Shown here piece after piece: positions 37,964 to 52,388 of a stretch of DNA of 64,000 nucleotides. The DNA lies in assembly GCA_047495785.1 (NCBI GenBank), contig JBLDXI010000017.1:1240001-1304000 (forward strand). Reading direction: 5' to 3'. The notes under the pieces were generated by a model. That model was not told the origin of the DNA and made no database searches. It worked only from the letters and a program-made list of their open reading frames with translations. Origin of the DNA: Lepidodermella squamata (taxonomy: Eukaryota; Animalia; Gastrotricha). The position numbers and the translations under genes are program-made. Each line of letters opens with the position of its first letter. The stretch's first letter is position 1.

Positions 37964-40900
37964 TAAAAAGCCGGCGCAACTCACAAACCGGCGCACACGA
38001 GCTTTATATGTGTATGTGTGTGTGTGTGCGTATGTGTGTGTAGACTGCGCAGTACTAATATTACTACCACACGAAATGAATAAGCTGATGGAACATATGC
38101 CAGAGTACTAACGCCGTTGATTCATCTATGCAGGAAAATGAAGAATCGATTGCACGTTGCGCGCTATGCATTTCATATGTCAGTCGTAAAGTCGCGTAAA
38201 AGATAATAAAAGAAGCGCTAGCTCGAAAGGCGGCGCGCGAGAAATCTCCATCATATGTTCAATCTCTTCAACGAATGCCAGCCAGACGTTCGTTCGTTGC
38301 CTGCCTGCCTGCCAGTGCTGGTGGTAGTAAGTAATAAAAGAAAAGATTGGTGAGTTCCTCCCGCTGCCGCCGCCGCCTGTAACGGCCCACCCAGCGGGCA
38401 CGTTTAGATAGATCTGCTTCTAGTTTATGTGTCTGACTGTTTGTAAAGACATGGCTCGAGTGCGCGAGGCTAACCACCACAATGCAAATGTAAATAATTG
38501 GGTTTGCGGGCTGCGGGCTTGAGCCGAGCGATCTCGAGCGCATCTTTTCACGCGCCTTTTATTGTTGTTTTGCATAGCACAATACTAATATTATTTATCC
38601 GAGGTACAAGCGAGATGCGCAATCGGGCAGCGTTCATTTCGAGGTTAGGCTGTTCGGTAAATTGGCCGGCGATGTAATAAAAGGCGAAATGTAAATATTA
38701 CTGCTACACACGGAAGAAAGCGATAACGAAAAGCAGAACGATTGCATCATACCTTGAACCTCCGCAAAAATGCAGTACTTACCGAGCGAGCGTGCGCGGA
38801 GATTTTAAAGAATATCATAATAAAAACAAGACAGCAAGCCTTAGATGGAAATAACGAGAAGATTTTCGGTGCATATGCTAATGATACTACCTATACCCGG
38901 GAAGTAATAAAAGTCGAACCGTCGACAGCGTGCAATTTCACCTACAAATGACCTCTTTTTCATCGCAATGCGAGCTACGAAGTTATCTATAAACATTTCC
39001 AAACTTGTAAAGATGGATGTAATATGAAAGGTAAAAGCTTTGAAGGGGGCCGGCTGTTAGTGTTATTTGCGGCGACCGGCGCCGGCATCGCCATGTAACT
39101 GTGAAGTGTCGAAATTTCGCGAAAGTGAACAATTTAACGCTGAAAACAACAACGGCGACGACGAGCAAGTGCGAGCAGCAGACAAGTGGGTTGTTGAACT
39201 ACTGGTGTTATAATTATTATTATTGAAAATAAAAGGGTTATATTTTCGACAAATATTGCGACAAGTGCCGCCGTCGTCGCCGCGTTTGGCGTGAAAAGAG
39301 TCGCGTATTTATAGCTGGTGTGGTCATGTGTTCAGGTGAGCGGGTATACTAGGGTGATACAAAGGCAAACATTGACGCGAGATGAGTGTTTGATGCTCGG
39401 GGGCGAGCTGGCATGACGGCGGCGGCGTGTTGAAAATCTTCAACAATAATTCACATCTCATCACTGTTACAGTGATGATTCATTAGAGCATGTTTTAAAG
39501 TTTGTTTTTCACCGCAACTGTTTACCTGCTGCAGTAGTATATTTCAGCAGTGCCTGGTGAGTCATCATCATCATCATCATCTCTCGAATTTACCTGATGA
39601 TCATGATGGCGTCATGAGAAAGACGGAAATGACGCAGCTCTTAATGGCTTTGTTTGCCCATTTTTATAGCCACGAAATCTGATATGCCCTTCGTAATTTT
39701 AGAGAAAAATAATTGTGAATAATTCATTATGGCGAGATCTATCGGTTTCATCAAGTGCTACAAGATATTTTTTTTCGTCGCCTTTTTATTCGTCATCATT
39801 GGCCGGAAATGAGTCTTGAGTAAAATTTCCCACCGTCTGGGGCTTCGCAATAAAACGCTATAGTGTAATTATTATTTAAAAATAGAACTCGACAGAACTA
39901 GATCTTTTTTCTAGACAGCCGGCGAATTATTTTTCATGGCGGATATAAATTCCAGACATTACGCATGGTTTCCTCGAGTTTCATCGCGTTATCCGAGACT
40001 TTTAAACTAGAAGCGGGAGTGCAGATAAAGCGGAACGCACTGATCTGATTAGATGAGAGGATTTCTCGAATCGAAATAGGACGGAAAAAGGGGATGTCGA
40101 TGTGTTGAATATGGCTAGCAAATTTACTCAAAAAAAGAAAAATTATATACAGCAGAGTATTAAAAAGTCCGTGTTCAGTATTGAAGCTTTTATATATATT
40201 TGACTGTTCGGAAATGCTGCAATTTTCGTGAGAGAAAATGCTACAAAATGGCATTATGTTGCTGGAAATTTTCTCCATATCCTGCCACGTGGCATTTTCT
40301 TACAGCAAAAAAAACATGGGAACAAAAAAATCGATTGGACCGTAATAATGTGGCTGATCGCCTGGATCAGGATGTTTTCATTGCGGTGAACGCCATGCCA
40401 AACCGCACTTTCCATATTATCAAAAGCTCGCTACTCAACTGATTTTTTAGACTATAACTGCAATAACTTTCTTACGGGTGTACCAAACCTAATTTGAGGC
40501 TCAGCACTAGATTTATCAAAGTTATGGCCATTCAAGCTTCACGTTTACATTGGATTATCAACCGACAGATCTTCGTATTATGCGTATTCTGCGCTGTAAG
40601 CGGTCAGTTTTCGAGTTATACTTCAGCCGATATATCGATTCCAAGTATCGATTTTACAAATCATTGATTTTTCCGAAATTCCCCGGCTTGGAACCCAACA
40701 CCGACAATTTTACCACATAGCTAGGGCACCTTGTAGCTATAGCTAGTTTAATAATTTTTCCAACTTTGAAACGCAACATTTGTCTAATTTCGAATACGTT
40801 TTAACAAACCTGAACTTCCGATTTGTCCTGCACGCGGAATTTTTTGAAACGGACAGAGTCTCCCGCAATCGTTAGAGGCGCAAAGCGGGTTTTAGGCTGA

Positions 40901-42334
40901 AATTGGGTGGTATTATCGATTGGACAATCCAACTTTGGGCTTTTAGTGTTGGTAAATCTTTCCGAAATCCTCGTCCCACATTGAAACCCGAAACTGCTCG
41001 TTTTCACTGCAATTTCGAGGTTGTAGGATTTTTATCCAATGTTAGAATCGCGTGAAAATTCAGTGGAGCCAATGAGTACATCTATAATTTCAGTTAAGGA
41101 TGCAGGAATTTTGATTATTTGGTCTCGAATTAATTCTGGGAGGATGAACGAGCAAATCTGTGATATTTTTTACCAGCAATTCGCGCGTTTAATGATTGCG
41201 GGCGACCCCTCAGGACATGCAGGACAAATACGAAACTCAGGGCTGCACATTGATATCGGGGTTGTTAGAAAATTCTTCCGAAATGGAAAAAATCGGCAAA
41301 TATTAACGCTTAACATTAGCGTTGCTACCTCATTTTCAGTGGTGAAAAAGTCAGGCTTTTGCATAGGCTTTTTTGTATAGGAATCTTGTATGGTATAGGT
41401 CGAGTACCAGTGGTATCCAATGCTTATTCAAAATGGGTCAAAACGTGTTCCAATGAAAGTTTCAGTAACAATTATTTTTTTCTCATTTGTGAGCATATTT
41501 GTTAGAACAAGAAAAGCCAAACCACTGACTGCCAAAAAATGTCGGAAACGCATTGAATGAGTCTCCCTGCTTAAGGTTTAGAGATATTGACGTAGGACGT
41601 AGATTGTCTCGATATTTGTAGTTGCAACGGTTAAGTGGAGAGGCATTTTTTATTGTTCCATCCTCCAGGATCCAGGATCAAGTTAAACTTATTGAACATT
41701 ATATAGCTCCGAATAATATTTTTTCGAGATGCGTTGACAGCCAGGTAATTCAAATGCTACAGTGGCTGATTCCCATAAAGCTGACTCAACGGCTGGCGGG
41801 TGACCCGGGGTCGCTGAGACCTGACTGCTGCTTGATTAGTATTGCTGGGATCAGTAGTCTGAGAATGTTGATCATCTGGATTGCAACTATAGGCGTGGGA
41901 TCCGGTCAGTTGTTGCAGGACATCAAAGAGTGAAAAGGATGGTAAGCCCAACTCATCTTCAGCAGTTGGAATTAGGAATTATAAGCTGCAAATGTTGCCC
42001 GATTATCACTCTGCGGAGGCTTAGAGACGAGTGTGGAGTATGTAGGCGGCGGGGTCGCCTCAGGTCACTACGTCGATCCATGCCTGTTTTGTTTTGCGGT
42101 CTAGTGCATAGGAAATCGTACTCGAAATCATCGTCCAAGTCTATGAAGTCTTCATCATCATCGTCATAAATCATAAAGTTATTTCCGACGACAATAAGCA
42201 GAAAATAGGAAGTTAGCTGTGTGTGTATACTTTCAGTAGGAAAACACTGTATCATATTTTTTAATTTTTCTAATTTTTTCTGGACAAGAGATGTGACTAA
42301 TTTTAGAGTTTTTGAACCCTTTTTCGTGTACATA

Positions 42335-42780
42335 CCGTATTTTATCGAATAGTATCCCGGGATATTATTTTTTCCCGAACTCGAAAAATGGTCAAAAAAA
42401 TCGGGCTATTATTCGAGGGGGCTTTTATTCAAGGCAGGATATTATTTATTCCCAACGTCACATATTCGCACCTCAACACATTAATTATAATCAGCAGAAA
42501 TATCATCTTCGTCGCTACAAAGCTCGAAGTCGCTGTCACTGTCAGCCTCGTTGCCGCAGTTTTTCTTTTCTTCTTCCTGGTCATCTTCTTCGGCAATGCT
42601 ACCCACCTTACCCATTTTTTCCATCAGCTGACCCATAGCCGATTCCAAGGGCTATTATCGCATGGCTATTATTCAAGGTGGGATATTATTAACCTTTGGA
42701 CCCAATATTTAAGTGATTTTTTGGGGCTATTATTCGAGGGGGTTATTATTCAAGGTTGGATACTATTCGATAAAATACGG
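42335..42780. mobile_element. Tc1/mariner-superfamily (pogo/Tc2-like) MITE
   Basis: TIR CCGTATTTTATCGAATAGTATCC / GGATACTATTCGATAAAATACGG, flanked by TA on both sides, with internal GGCTATTATTC(G/A)AGG repeats. Confidence 0.85.
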
Positions 42781-42920
42781 TATTTTCTTTGCTTGCGTTA
42801 CCTATGGGACACGCTGTATCTTCCCACAGTTAAGCCTAAATTCAGCAGCATATAATGCAGCAACAAATTTACCGACCATAAGATTACCAGAATCAGCAAA
42901 TTGCAAAGCCCAATACCTAT

Positions 42921-43220
42921 TGGGAATATCTTTTAGCGGAACCAAATTTACAGTGAGCGGAACCAAATTTGCTGTAGCGGAACCAAATCGTCGTTGGTGC
43001 GGCTCTATCTCCATCAAAAATCGAAATTGGGTTTTTTCCAGTCCCTGACTCAGTTTTTCACGCTGGTCAATAATATGAAAACCGCATTTCAAAATTCGCC
43101 AGGGATCAAAAGTCCTATCTCCACATTCGTGGATTTTTTTCCAGGTCATTCTTTTTCCATCAGAAAAAGTGCTATCTCCACAGCATGAGTTCGAATAGGG
43201 CACAAAAAGTGCTATGTGCA
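42921..43220. mobile_element. Terminal fragment related to the MULE end at about 20130-20260
   Basis: TGGG..CTTTTAGCGGAACCAAATTT followed by two more GCGGAACCAAAT repeats matches the reverse complement of 20190-20260. Confidence 0.6.
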
Positions 43221-45157
43221 TCACAAAAATTATTCGATCACGACAAAAAATGGCGATGACTCATCGAATCCCAAACAATGGAGCAGGGTCATTCATAAAC
43301 CGACGCGTCTCTAAAGGTCCCTATAATCCCTCCCAATTCTCACGTCTCGCTTCATATAAGGCGCCTTTCAATCTCCGTGTACCTCGGTAGCATGAGTTGC
43401 AATATAGTAATATTTTTGTCATTCGCGTTTGTCGGAATCAAGTAATGCATGAGTTGGGCCGTTGCGGAAGAATATTTTACGGAAGCAGAGACAAATTCAA
43501 AGCTTATAGCTCAAATTCTAAAGGTTGACCGAAAACACTTTTTGATAACTTACATCATCAAGTTTTTGCAATGATAAATGAACTTGGACAATCTTCGCAT
43601 TTTTTAATTCTATAATGATAAGTCATAATTTTTGGAATTCTTGGTAATTTGCCAACATTCTTCGCCGCAGTTCCGAGCAGACATTTTTGTGCTAAAAAAC
43701 ATTGGGCTTTGATGAAATTAAAGCCAAGAATAAAGCCCAAGAAAGGACTGCCTTTTGTCACATACCTATTTTTGTCAAAGGCTTGATAGAAGCTGATTTT
43801 CAAGTACAGAGTACAGGAATTTTCCCCACTCATTTTGCAACCTTTTTTACTGTGAGTTTAAAATTCATGCATACTTCGGCGAAATATGAGTGGAAACTTG
43901 TCCCTATGTCAGTTCTACAAGTAAGATGCCGTCTTTGCAGTAATCCTAGCGGAAATCTGAGCGATTAGATCGGAATAGTCAGCGAATCGTTAAATTGTTG
44001 TTTCCCCTGCGTTGAGAGCCAACAGCAAGCCACACAATGGTGTTTTCCTCAGCCAACTTGCTCTTTTCGCCGAAATATGTGCATTTGCGATGTCTTCAAC
44101 ATTTGCTGGATTCGTATGATCAAGTGAAAATCACTGCTCTTGCCTGTAGACCTTAAAGGTCGCGAGAGGCGACTCCCGTCTTCCCTTTTAATCGAAAAAT
44201 AAGATTCCCTGAAGCTTGGTAGCTTGGAGCACAATCATCTCTTAAAAGTACAAGTTTCCTGATTTTAACCATCTTCGAAATTGTCTTGGAATTAAGCCGA
44301 AGAATCTCTGACGATAAACTGGCACTTCTGGACTGTTGACGTTGGTACTGCACCAAACAACCAAACACCAAAAACAGAAAAAGAAAAAGAAAAGAAAATT
44401 TCATACGGCTAGAAAGACGTGTGAAAGTTTATAAATAAATAATTTTCAATTATTTTAACATTTTTATTACTGAAAATAATGTTTTATTTTTTGAATGTTT
44501 ATGTTTCACATTTATTTCTCAATTTTGGACAATCATTTCTCGATCAATCCTGCCAGTACCCATGTACTTGGGTTGTTTGACGTCACTTGAGTTTGGGTTA
44601 GCCACCAATCTCGCTTTAGCCACCCTTCTTGGGTGCTAGGCACTAAACAGCAAGTGCTAGTTATGCCTATTTCATATTTCATGCATTTCATAATGCATTT
44701 ATGCGCACTGACTGCGTCCAAGGCACTAAATGCCTTGGGGTATCTGTTTCCGACTTCCGGCGTGCTTGTTAGAATCGTCTTGACCGACGAATGTCTGCCG
44801 TAGGGACGATTGTCAATGTAGCATGCATGCCTTAATTGTCATGCATTGATTTCATGATGACTTTAGACATTGGCTTGCATCATTGATCAGGCATTGATCA
44901 GGCAGCTCGAATGGAAAAATGTTTTGCTTTTTTTATTTATTAGCCAAGTACTGATTAGCTCTTTGAACATTTTAATATTTGCTTTGTCTAAGTAAACATA
45001 TGTGAGCAGGAGACTAGAGTCTAGACTTCCGTCTTCATTCTTCATACCTCAGGCTAAAATCTCGATATATTAAGGTTCGACTTGTGTGATCTACCTATTG
45101 TATTATTTATTCATTTTAGGCCGTTACTTCACTGTTGTTTCTCTATACGAAATCAAC

Positions 45158-46519
45158 ATGTATTGTGGCTCTGCATCGCCATGCGGCTCTTCTGACTCAA
45201 AAGATGATTCTGGAGAATTTGATAATGAGAATTTGGAAGACGGTGATGATGGAGTGTGGAGCCCTGACATCGAACATTCCTTTCAAGAGGCATTGGCAAT
45301 TTACCCGCCTTGCGGTCGGCGGAAAATCATTCTTCCCGACGAAGGAAAAATGTATGGACGCAACGAGTTGATCGCGCGATACATTAAACTTCGAACTGGT
45401 AAAACACGTTCGAGAAAGCAAGTGAGCAGTCATATCCAAGTTCTTGCTCGGCGAAAAACAAAAGAGATTCATTCGCAGTATAAAGATGATCCGGTAGCAC
45501 GAGAAGAAGTAGTCCGAGCATTGCAAAGCATGCCAAGTTCTCATATCGTCTCATCCTCTGTTCCTCATCAGCCTGTCAATGTGATGGCTCAAGTTTCGAT
45601 TCTTGGTGCTCAGCAGCATCACATTGATTACAACATTACTCCACCGCCCAACGTCACGATGAGCGTAATGTCGTCATCGTCTTCTTCTTCGATATCTCCT
45701 GGACGAATAATGCCAATCACATCTCAACGCCTCAGAGTTGTGGATCTAAGTGTAGTTGTTAAAGATTTGACGAACCCGATTGCCAGCCCTCATGTTGTGG
45801 CTTATCTGAAACCGACCGCCGAATTACCCCTGGAAACAATTCAAATTTCGCAATTTGCAGACACCTTTCCTCGTGAATTTGTGGAGCAACACCGGAGAGG
45901 GCCTCCATCTTCTTTTTTCCTCGTTAAATTTTGGGTAAGCTTGGTAATAACCTCGCCAATATCATGGTAAACCGTTTCTTGCCTATAGGGTGATGTAACT
46001 TCGGATTTGATTAAACGAGACGGCGTATCTTTTGAACTCAATGCCAAATACGAAGGACTCGATGCGGGTGTCAATGCGATCGAGATCAGAACTCAGTTGG
46101 TTTCGTTCGGCAATATAGCCGTCGAAAAGATCGAAAGTCCAGTTGTAGCCTCGCCATTCGGACGAGGCGAATCGAGATTAGGAGGCGCTGTTCACAGCCG
46201 ATCCTCCAGCATCGTTGACGCAGCAATGAACGCTGCATCAAATTTCTCGGCGCCATCGATTTCGCCGCCTGCTTGCACTACCTTCGAACTACCGAACTCG
46301 CCGCTCTGCGGTTACATGGTTAAATTTATCCGAACCCTCAGCTCGTTAACCGATCGAGCTGATATGAATCGGGTGCTAGAGAATTTCTGCATTTTACAAA
46401 CAGTTTCTACGCCAATGACTGCGAATGGAGGCGGTGAATTGCTGCTTAGCACAGCTTACGTTTTTGAAGTTTCTCAGGACCGGCGGCCAAATAGTGTTGT
46501 GTACCGGCTTATCGCATAG
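45158..46519 (+). CDS. TEAD: TEAD/scalloped (egl-44-like) transcription factor; intron 45935-45988
   Basis: TEA domain [65 protein letters not shown]; YAP-binding domain motifs FFLVKFW|GD, SPLCGYM..FI, NRVLENF and AYVFEV. Confidence 0.95.
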
Positions 46520-49120
46520 AAATTTGATTTTTTTCTCCCTCGAAGAATTAATCGTCTATTATGTGTCTTATCGTGCTGCACTCCCGGTCGTGTTCGAAAA
46601 ATTCAATTTTCAGCGATGTTAATTTGTCTTCCATAAAAGTTGGTTCGATCGTATGTCCGGTTCGCTTGCTACTTTTGTTTCGTTGTCGAAGCAATAATAC
46701 AGCTGTTTTTAATACCAAATAATTATTGTTGTAATTTTTCTATCATATATTATTATTGCTATTGAAGGAAGATGATGAAAACCTGGTTAATGTTGTGTCT
46801 GTTTTTTTAACATCTGACAGTGCTATTTCCTCAATTGAACGGTTAATTTTTTTTCTAATTTCGATCGCTCTTGCTTTAAAAAACGTTTACCGTTGAATAA
46901 TTTCTTGAAATTGCATGTTACTCCTTGAGAAAATTTGATACCTACCTAAGAGTTGATTATTCGTGAGTTTATATGTAACATCCGTTTGTTTGAAAATTCT
47001 GCTGTCTGAAAATGCTGACCAAGAAATCGAGGCACATTCTACTTAGCTTTTGTGAATTCACCAGGAATTGATTGAAATCGATCAGAAACTTTACAACGTG
47101 CTCTCTCTGCTGCTTAGATTCGATATTTCAATGTTGTTCTACGCTTTTCTTGCTACTTCTTTGTAGTGTAAAAGTTGCGAATTTTTAACAACAACTTTCT
47201 ATGAGACCAATTTTAAAGCTTGATCAAGGAGAACATCGACAGATCAGTAATTGCATGATGATGATGGCCGTTATAATAATAATAATATAAAAATTGTAAT
47301 GATGAAAAAAACAATACACTTTGTTGTTGTCTTTTATGGTTTAATAAAAAAGCTCGAATTAAACGAAAAAATCGGATTTTTGTGGAAAATTGCTATTTTT
47401 AGTATTAAGGTGGCTGCCGCTGTCCCCATTTTTAAAAAAAATCCACCTTAACATTTCACTCCAAGGAATATTCCCGGTATACATTTGCAAACCGCTTAAA
47501 AAATTAAGCTGGGTTATATTTGTTTGAAATTTCGGTGTTTTTTTTTTCTCGAATAGCCGACGAAAACTGTCTTCATGTGGGTATCAACGGTTGCCATGAG
47601 AACGCGACATGTTGTGGTGCCGGAGAGCAAACAGTATCGAGATAAGAGTCGCATTCCTTCACGCTGCGTAAGGCCCAATTATCGATACGGCCGGCAGTCG
47701 CTCACTTAACGTCAACACTCGAGAGCAACTTGTAGTTGCCTCGCTGAAAAGCCACCACTTGATAGAGGCCTTTTTACTCGCAGCAAGTGTGAACAAGTGC
47801 GCTCGTTATATTGTTTTATTGCGAAACGACTGACCGCGTGCGCTCAAGATGGGCGCGCGTGAGTGTTGACGTGTGCCACTCGTCAACTGCCACCATAGGT
47901 GCTGGCCACGTTTTAAGCCGGCACTTATGCAATTGAGTCGCAGCCACAATAGATTAGCTCGACTTTGACCCAGGTGACCGGACGGCTACTTGAGTAGGTA
48001 CCAGGTGTTCATTTGACACACGACAATGGCGCATCTTGATTTTCGCGCGCGCCGAGATTTACCCGCTCACTTCACTGTATAGCTGCAAAATCACGTCTGG
48101 GATTTACTTTAGCGGTGACAGATGCTGCGCGCACGCTTCCGACGAATACTAATGTCAATTTACCTGAAGGAGACGTGTAATCTATATGCAAATTTACACT
48201 CGTAAAATCAGTTGCATGTAAGTGTTCAATTTCATAATGCAGAGGCGAGGCTAATCCGTACCAGCAAGTCAATTTTTAACAGCACGAAAGCGTTACTGAA
48301 ATAGCTTCATTTCGGGCTGAAAGAAAGCTGAATGACTTCGATTATTTTCGCCGCCACCCCTTTCCATGTGTCTGCACTGTCTGCGGAAGCCAAAAGATAA
48401 CGTGATGGAAATTTGATATTTCCTCGCCGTTGCCTTGTCGAATGACCTGTAAAACACAGAGTTCGTCCGCGCATCAATTAGGGATAGATTAGTTTATTTT
48501 TACGCGAAATCATCAGGCAATAACCGCAAACTGTTTGCCAAACACAAAAGTATGTGAAAAGTATGTCGGCATATTTGGCGTCTCGACTTTCGACATCAAA
48601 TAAACAAAGCCTGATCAAACAAAACGTTTAAAATTTAATAATATTACTTGTACTATATTGTATTGAAAATGCCACGAGTAAATTTGCCAGTGTAAAAGCT
48701 AAAATAATACGACCCTTGTTAAGCCGGTCGATTTGATAGACGCGATGAGAGGTGATGGGACGTTTCAAGGATGAAGTTTCTTGCCGATTTCATATCGGCT
48801 CAAATCCTTGCTCAAACCCGTGCTTAAACTCCGGGTTCCCAAGAGGGCGATTGAGTGCAATTGAATAACGATATTAAAAACTATATATGTTTTTGTTTAA
48901 TCGACCATAGAGATGATTGAAGTGACATCGATATGCCCAATATTTCCCATCTGAAGGTTATAGCTGATTAAGATATTTTTGAAAATCGATCAGGTTTTCT
49001 TGAAACCACAGGATACTCGGTGGTGTTGCGGGCATGCTTTAAAAACACCATTGTCATCTACTGGAGAGTGTCAGACATCATTTCATTGCTCACGTGCAAC
49101 TTGGCTGCATCGCCGCCGTG

Positions 49121-49559
49121 TTGCACTTCGTTATTTAAGTAACAAGCTCAGCTTATAGTCAGCTCAGCTTGAAGTCAGCTCAGCTAAACCATGAACAAGC
49201 TCAGCTAAACTAGCTCAGCTTAATAACTAACCAGCTTAGCTCAGCTTGTCAGCTCAGCTTAATAGTGTAATTAATAAGCTCAGCTGACAAGCTGAACTTA
49301 CGATCGGAGACAAACCAGCTCAGCGTACAAGCTCAGCGTGTTCCACTACACCAATATTCTCGTACTCTATATTCTACTACGCTGAGCTTGCCAGCTCAGC
49401 TTACTAGCGAGCAAGATAAGCAGCTGAGCTTGCTAAGGTTAGCTGGCTTCGGTTATAACAAGCTGAGCTTGAACGCTAAGCTAAGGTGTGAATACGCTGA
49501 GCTTGCCGTAAGCTGAGCTGACTTTAAGCTGAGCTTGATACTTAAATAACGAAGTGCAA
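49121..49559. mobile_element. Foldback/MITE element built from AGCTCAGC repeats
   Basis: About 50-bp TIR (TTGCACTTCGTTATTTAAGTA.CAAGCTCAGCTTA.AGTCAGCTCAGCTT) with 2 mismatches; the left arm carries AGCTCAGC repeats and the right arm GCTGAGCT repeats. Confidence 0.85.
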
Positions 49560-51352
49560 GGGGGCGCATCGCCAATCGCCAACCTCGCACTCGTCATCAT
49601 CATCATAATCTACATAATCTACACCATAATCATAACTTCTCGCATAAATTGCATGCCAAAACTGTTCAACCCCGATGAAGCAGTAAGACAAAAATAGTCT
49701 CGGAATTACCTCGAAGTTCTCGAAGCGATACGGAAAACTTGATATTGCGTTTGATATCCAACTGATACTGCGTCCAGTAACGAAAGGACAAACGAGAAAT
49801 GTATTTCTAAAAGACTTTGTTCGACGCCAAGCTTTCTGAACTAGCAGCCGCTTTCATTCATATTGTTTGCTTCATATTGTTTGAATTGAATTGTAGTTAC
49901 ACTATGCAACTCGTACTTTAATTACATTCGTCATGATATCTGATCTGCTCAAGAAAATAGGTCCTGGAAGGCTTCTTCGTGCATTCCAGCGGTAGTCGTT
50001 GATAGCCAAACTGTAGTTATCGGGCTCCGGCGGCATTTCAGTTTCGAAACGAGCTTAGTTTCAATGTTAGTTCTTAACACTACTCTCATTCTTTGGGTAT
50101 ATCTTGGCAGTGCTAGTTCACGAACATCCAGGATGTTTAGGAGGTTGGGAAGAAACAAAATTTCATATTTTTTTCGGATCAGGGTAACATTGATTACTTG
50201 GATTTTCATAAAAATGCTGAAAAGCGCGAAGATTATAGCCGGGGTGCTACATTCTTTTCCCGGCTTATCATTCTTTTATTAGTTCATTGATCTAACTCCA
50301 GCTTTTTACGTGCCATGCGCCCTGTGTAATCCGCTTTATCCAGGGTTTCGTCGTGTAACGTGTTTGGCGGCCTGGAGGGTCCTTTGTAGGTGTAATGGCT
50401 GGGTAAGATAAAGTCTCCTCGGCTGCGCTCAAGCAAACTAAGACCCCTCCAATTTCCTTTTGACGGGGCCTAAATATTCGGGTGCAATCTTACCACCGCA
50501 AGTTTTCGGGAAAAGGTTTTTTGAGGACATTAATAAGGTGTGGCATTTCATTTGGTCGCGGCAGACCTTATTCGAGAAATATCCGGTGAACACAAAAACC
50601 TAACTGCGGTAAAACACACAGTGGTGGTGTAACTTACGGATCATTTGCTAGCGCAATGAAACTAAAAATGACTCTTGGCCAAACACTCCACGCCGCACCT
50701 TTCGTTCGCAGCCTTTCAACACACACCAGAGTATTAGGTAACCGTGAATCCCAGAAGATTTATGTCGCGTCTGTTAGCGCTTCGATATGGCAGAGACACA
50801 ATTCTCCAAAACTGAGATTTCTCCTGAACGCCTTGAGAGCAAAAACTACTCGAGCGCATCAAACCATGCAACTCTTCACGGACAATATTTACTGCAAATA
50901 ATTTGTGCATATGATAAATAGACGTCGTATAAAATTATTTACTCGGAGTATTTTGGAGACGAAAAAAGTATTATTTTTGTTTGATGTTTGACCTTCACAT
51001 CGGAATCTGGCGGGAGTCGTGTTTGAATGTGGCGTCCTGTTTTTTCCTGTCAGAGTTTTTTCTTGCCATGGCCCCTGAGTGCATTTAAGCGGTGTGTATG
51101 ACATGCCTTATGACCTCGCTCTCGTCATTAACTGATGCCCATTGATACTAACACATCTGCACATCACATGGAGCCGGCTGAGCTCTGAGCTCGGATGTGC
51201 GGTTTACTCTTCTCCCTCATCTGTGTTTTCTGTTTCTCGCTCTCTTGGCTCGTTTCCAAGTGAGAGATAGAGGTTCAGGGCCGCGGATGTTAATTATGCT
51301 TCGCCCTAAAATATGAAACTTTTTTGTAGGAGATTGTATAGTTTCCAGAGGA

Positions 51353-52388
51353 ATGGCAACTTCCCCATCATCCCCGCGAAAAAGGCGTCGTATCACCGAT
51401 GCGGTTGAGGATACGACTTCCCCTTCAAAGCAAGCTTGCAAGTCTTGTGGCCACTGCGCTCCTGTATGGTCCACTATCCTCAACAAACCTGCTCCTTTCA
51501 GCGACGAGCCCGAAGCTGCTGCCGCTCGAGATGCAATCGATTACTCACAGAGAATAACGGTTGATGACGCTCGCGCTGGAAGAGTTACCAGACCCGTTCG
51601 CGTCTATGCTGATGGTATTTACGACATGTTTCATTCTGGCCATGCTCGTCAATTGATGCAAGTGAAAATGGCGTTTCCAGGCAGTGTTTACCTGATTGTA
51701 GGCGTGTGTAGCGATGCCATGACTCACGCAAACAAAGGTCAAACGGTGATGAGTGAAAACGAGCGCTATGAAATGGTTCGTCACTGTCGCTATGTCGATG
51801 AAGTTCTTCGCGACGCCCCGTGGTCTACAGATTGGGATTTTATTAACAAAAACAAGATTGATTTCGTAGCCCATGACGATATTCCTTACGGTGCCAAGGA
51901 CAGCGAAGATGTCTATAAATGGCTGAAAGATGCCGGCAAATTCTTGGCAACACAACGAACTGAGGGCATATCAACGACTGATGTCATTGCACGTATCATC
52001 AAGGATTATGACATGTATGTCAGGCGAAATTTGAAGCGTGGCTATTCCGCCAAGGAGCTGAACGTTAGCTTCATGAAGGAAAAGCAGCTAAAACTCGAAG
52101 AAAAAGTTGATTCAGTTAAAGACAAAGCTTCTCATATACTTGATCATTGGGAAGAAAAGTCGAGAGATTTAGTCTCTAGTTTCATCGGTAAGGCGTGTTT
52201 AGTTTTCTTTCAAGCTTGACAGTTTAATCTCTTCAGGCTTGTTCAACCCCGATGGCCGATTGAACAACTGGATCAAAGAGAAACGAGCGAAACTCGGCGG
52301 GCGCCGAGACGAGAGCAGCAGTTCCGAAGACGGCTTCGACACGAGTAGCAATCGCGGAAGTGCAACGCCGTCTCCTACCTTCCGATAG
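51353..52388 (+). CDS. PCYT1: Choline-phosphate cytidylyltransferase, copy 1 (exons 51353-52187, 52237-52388)
   Basis: [70 protein letters not shown]; N-terminal PRKRRR; Ser-rich tail. Confidence 0.93.

Noticed and set aside
39900-44720. Many 60-155-aa ORFs between actin and TEAD
   Set aside because: They have no recognisable motifs, mostly non-ATG starts, and overlap MITE and repeat debris.
47460-51100. Possible genes or ncRNA between TEAD and PCYT1
   Set aside because: I could not support any splice-consistent ORF or recognisable RNA structure apart from the foldback element.
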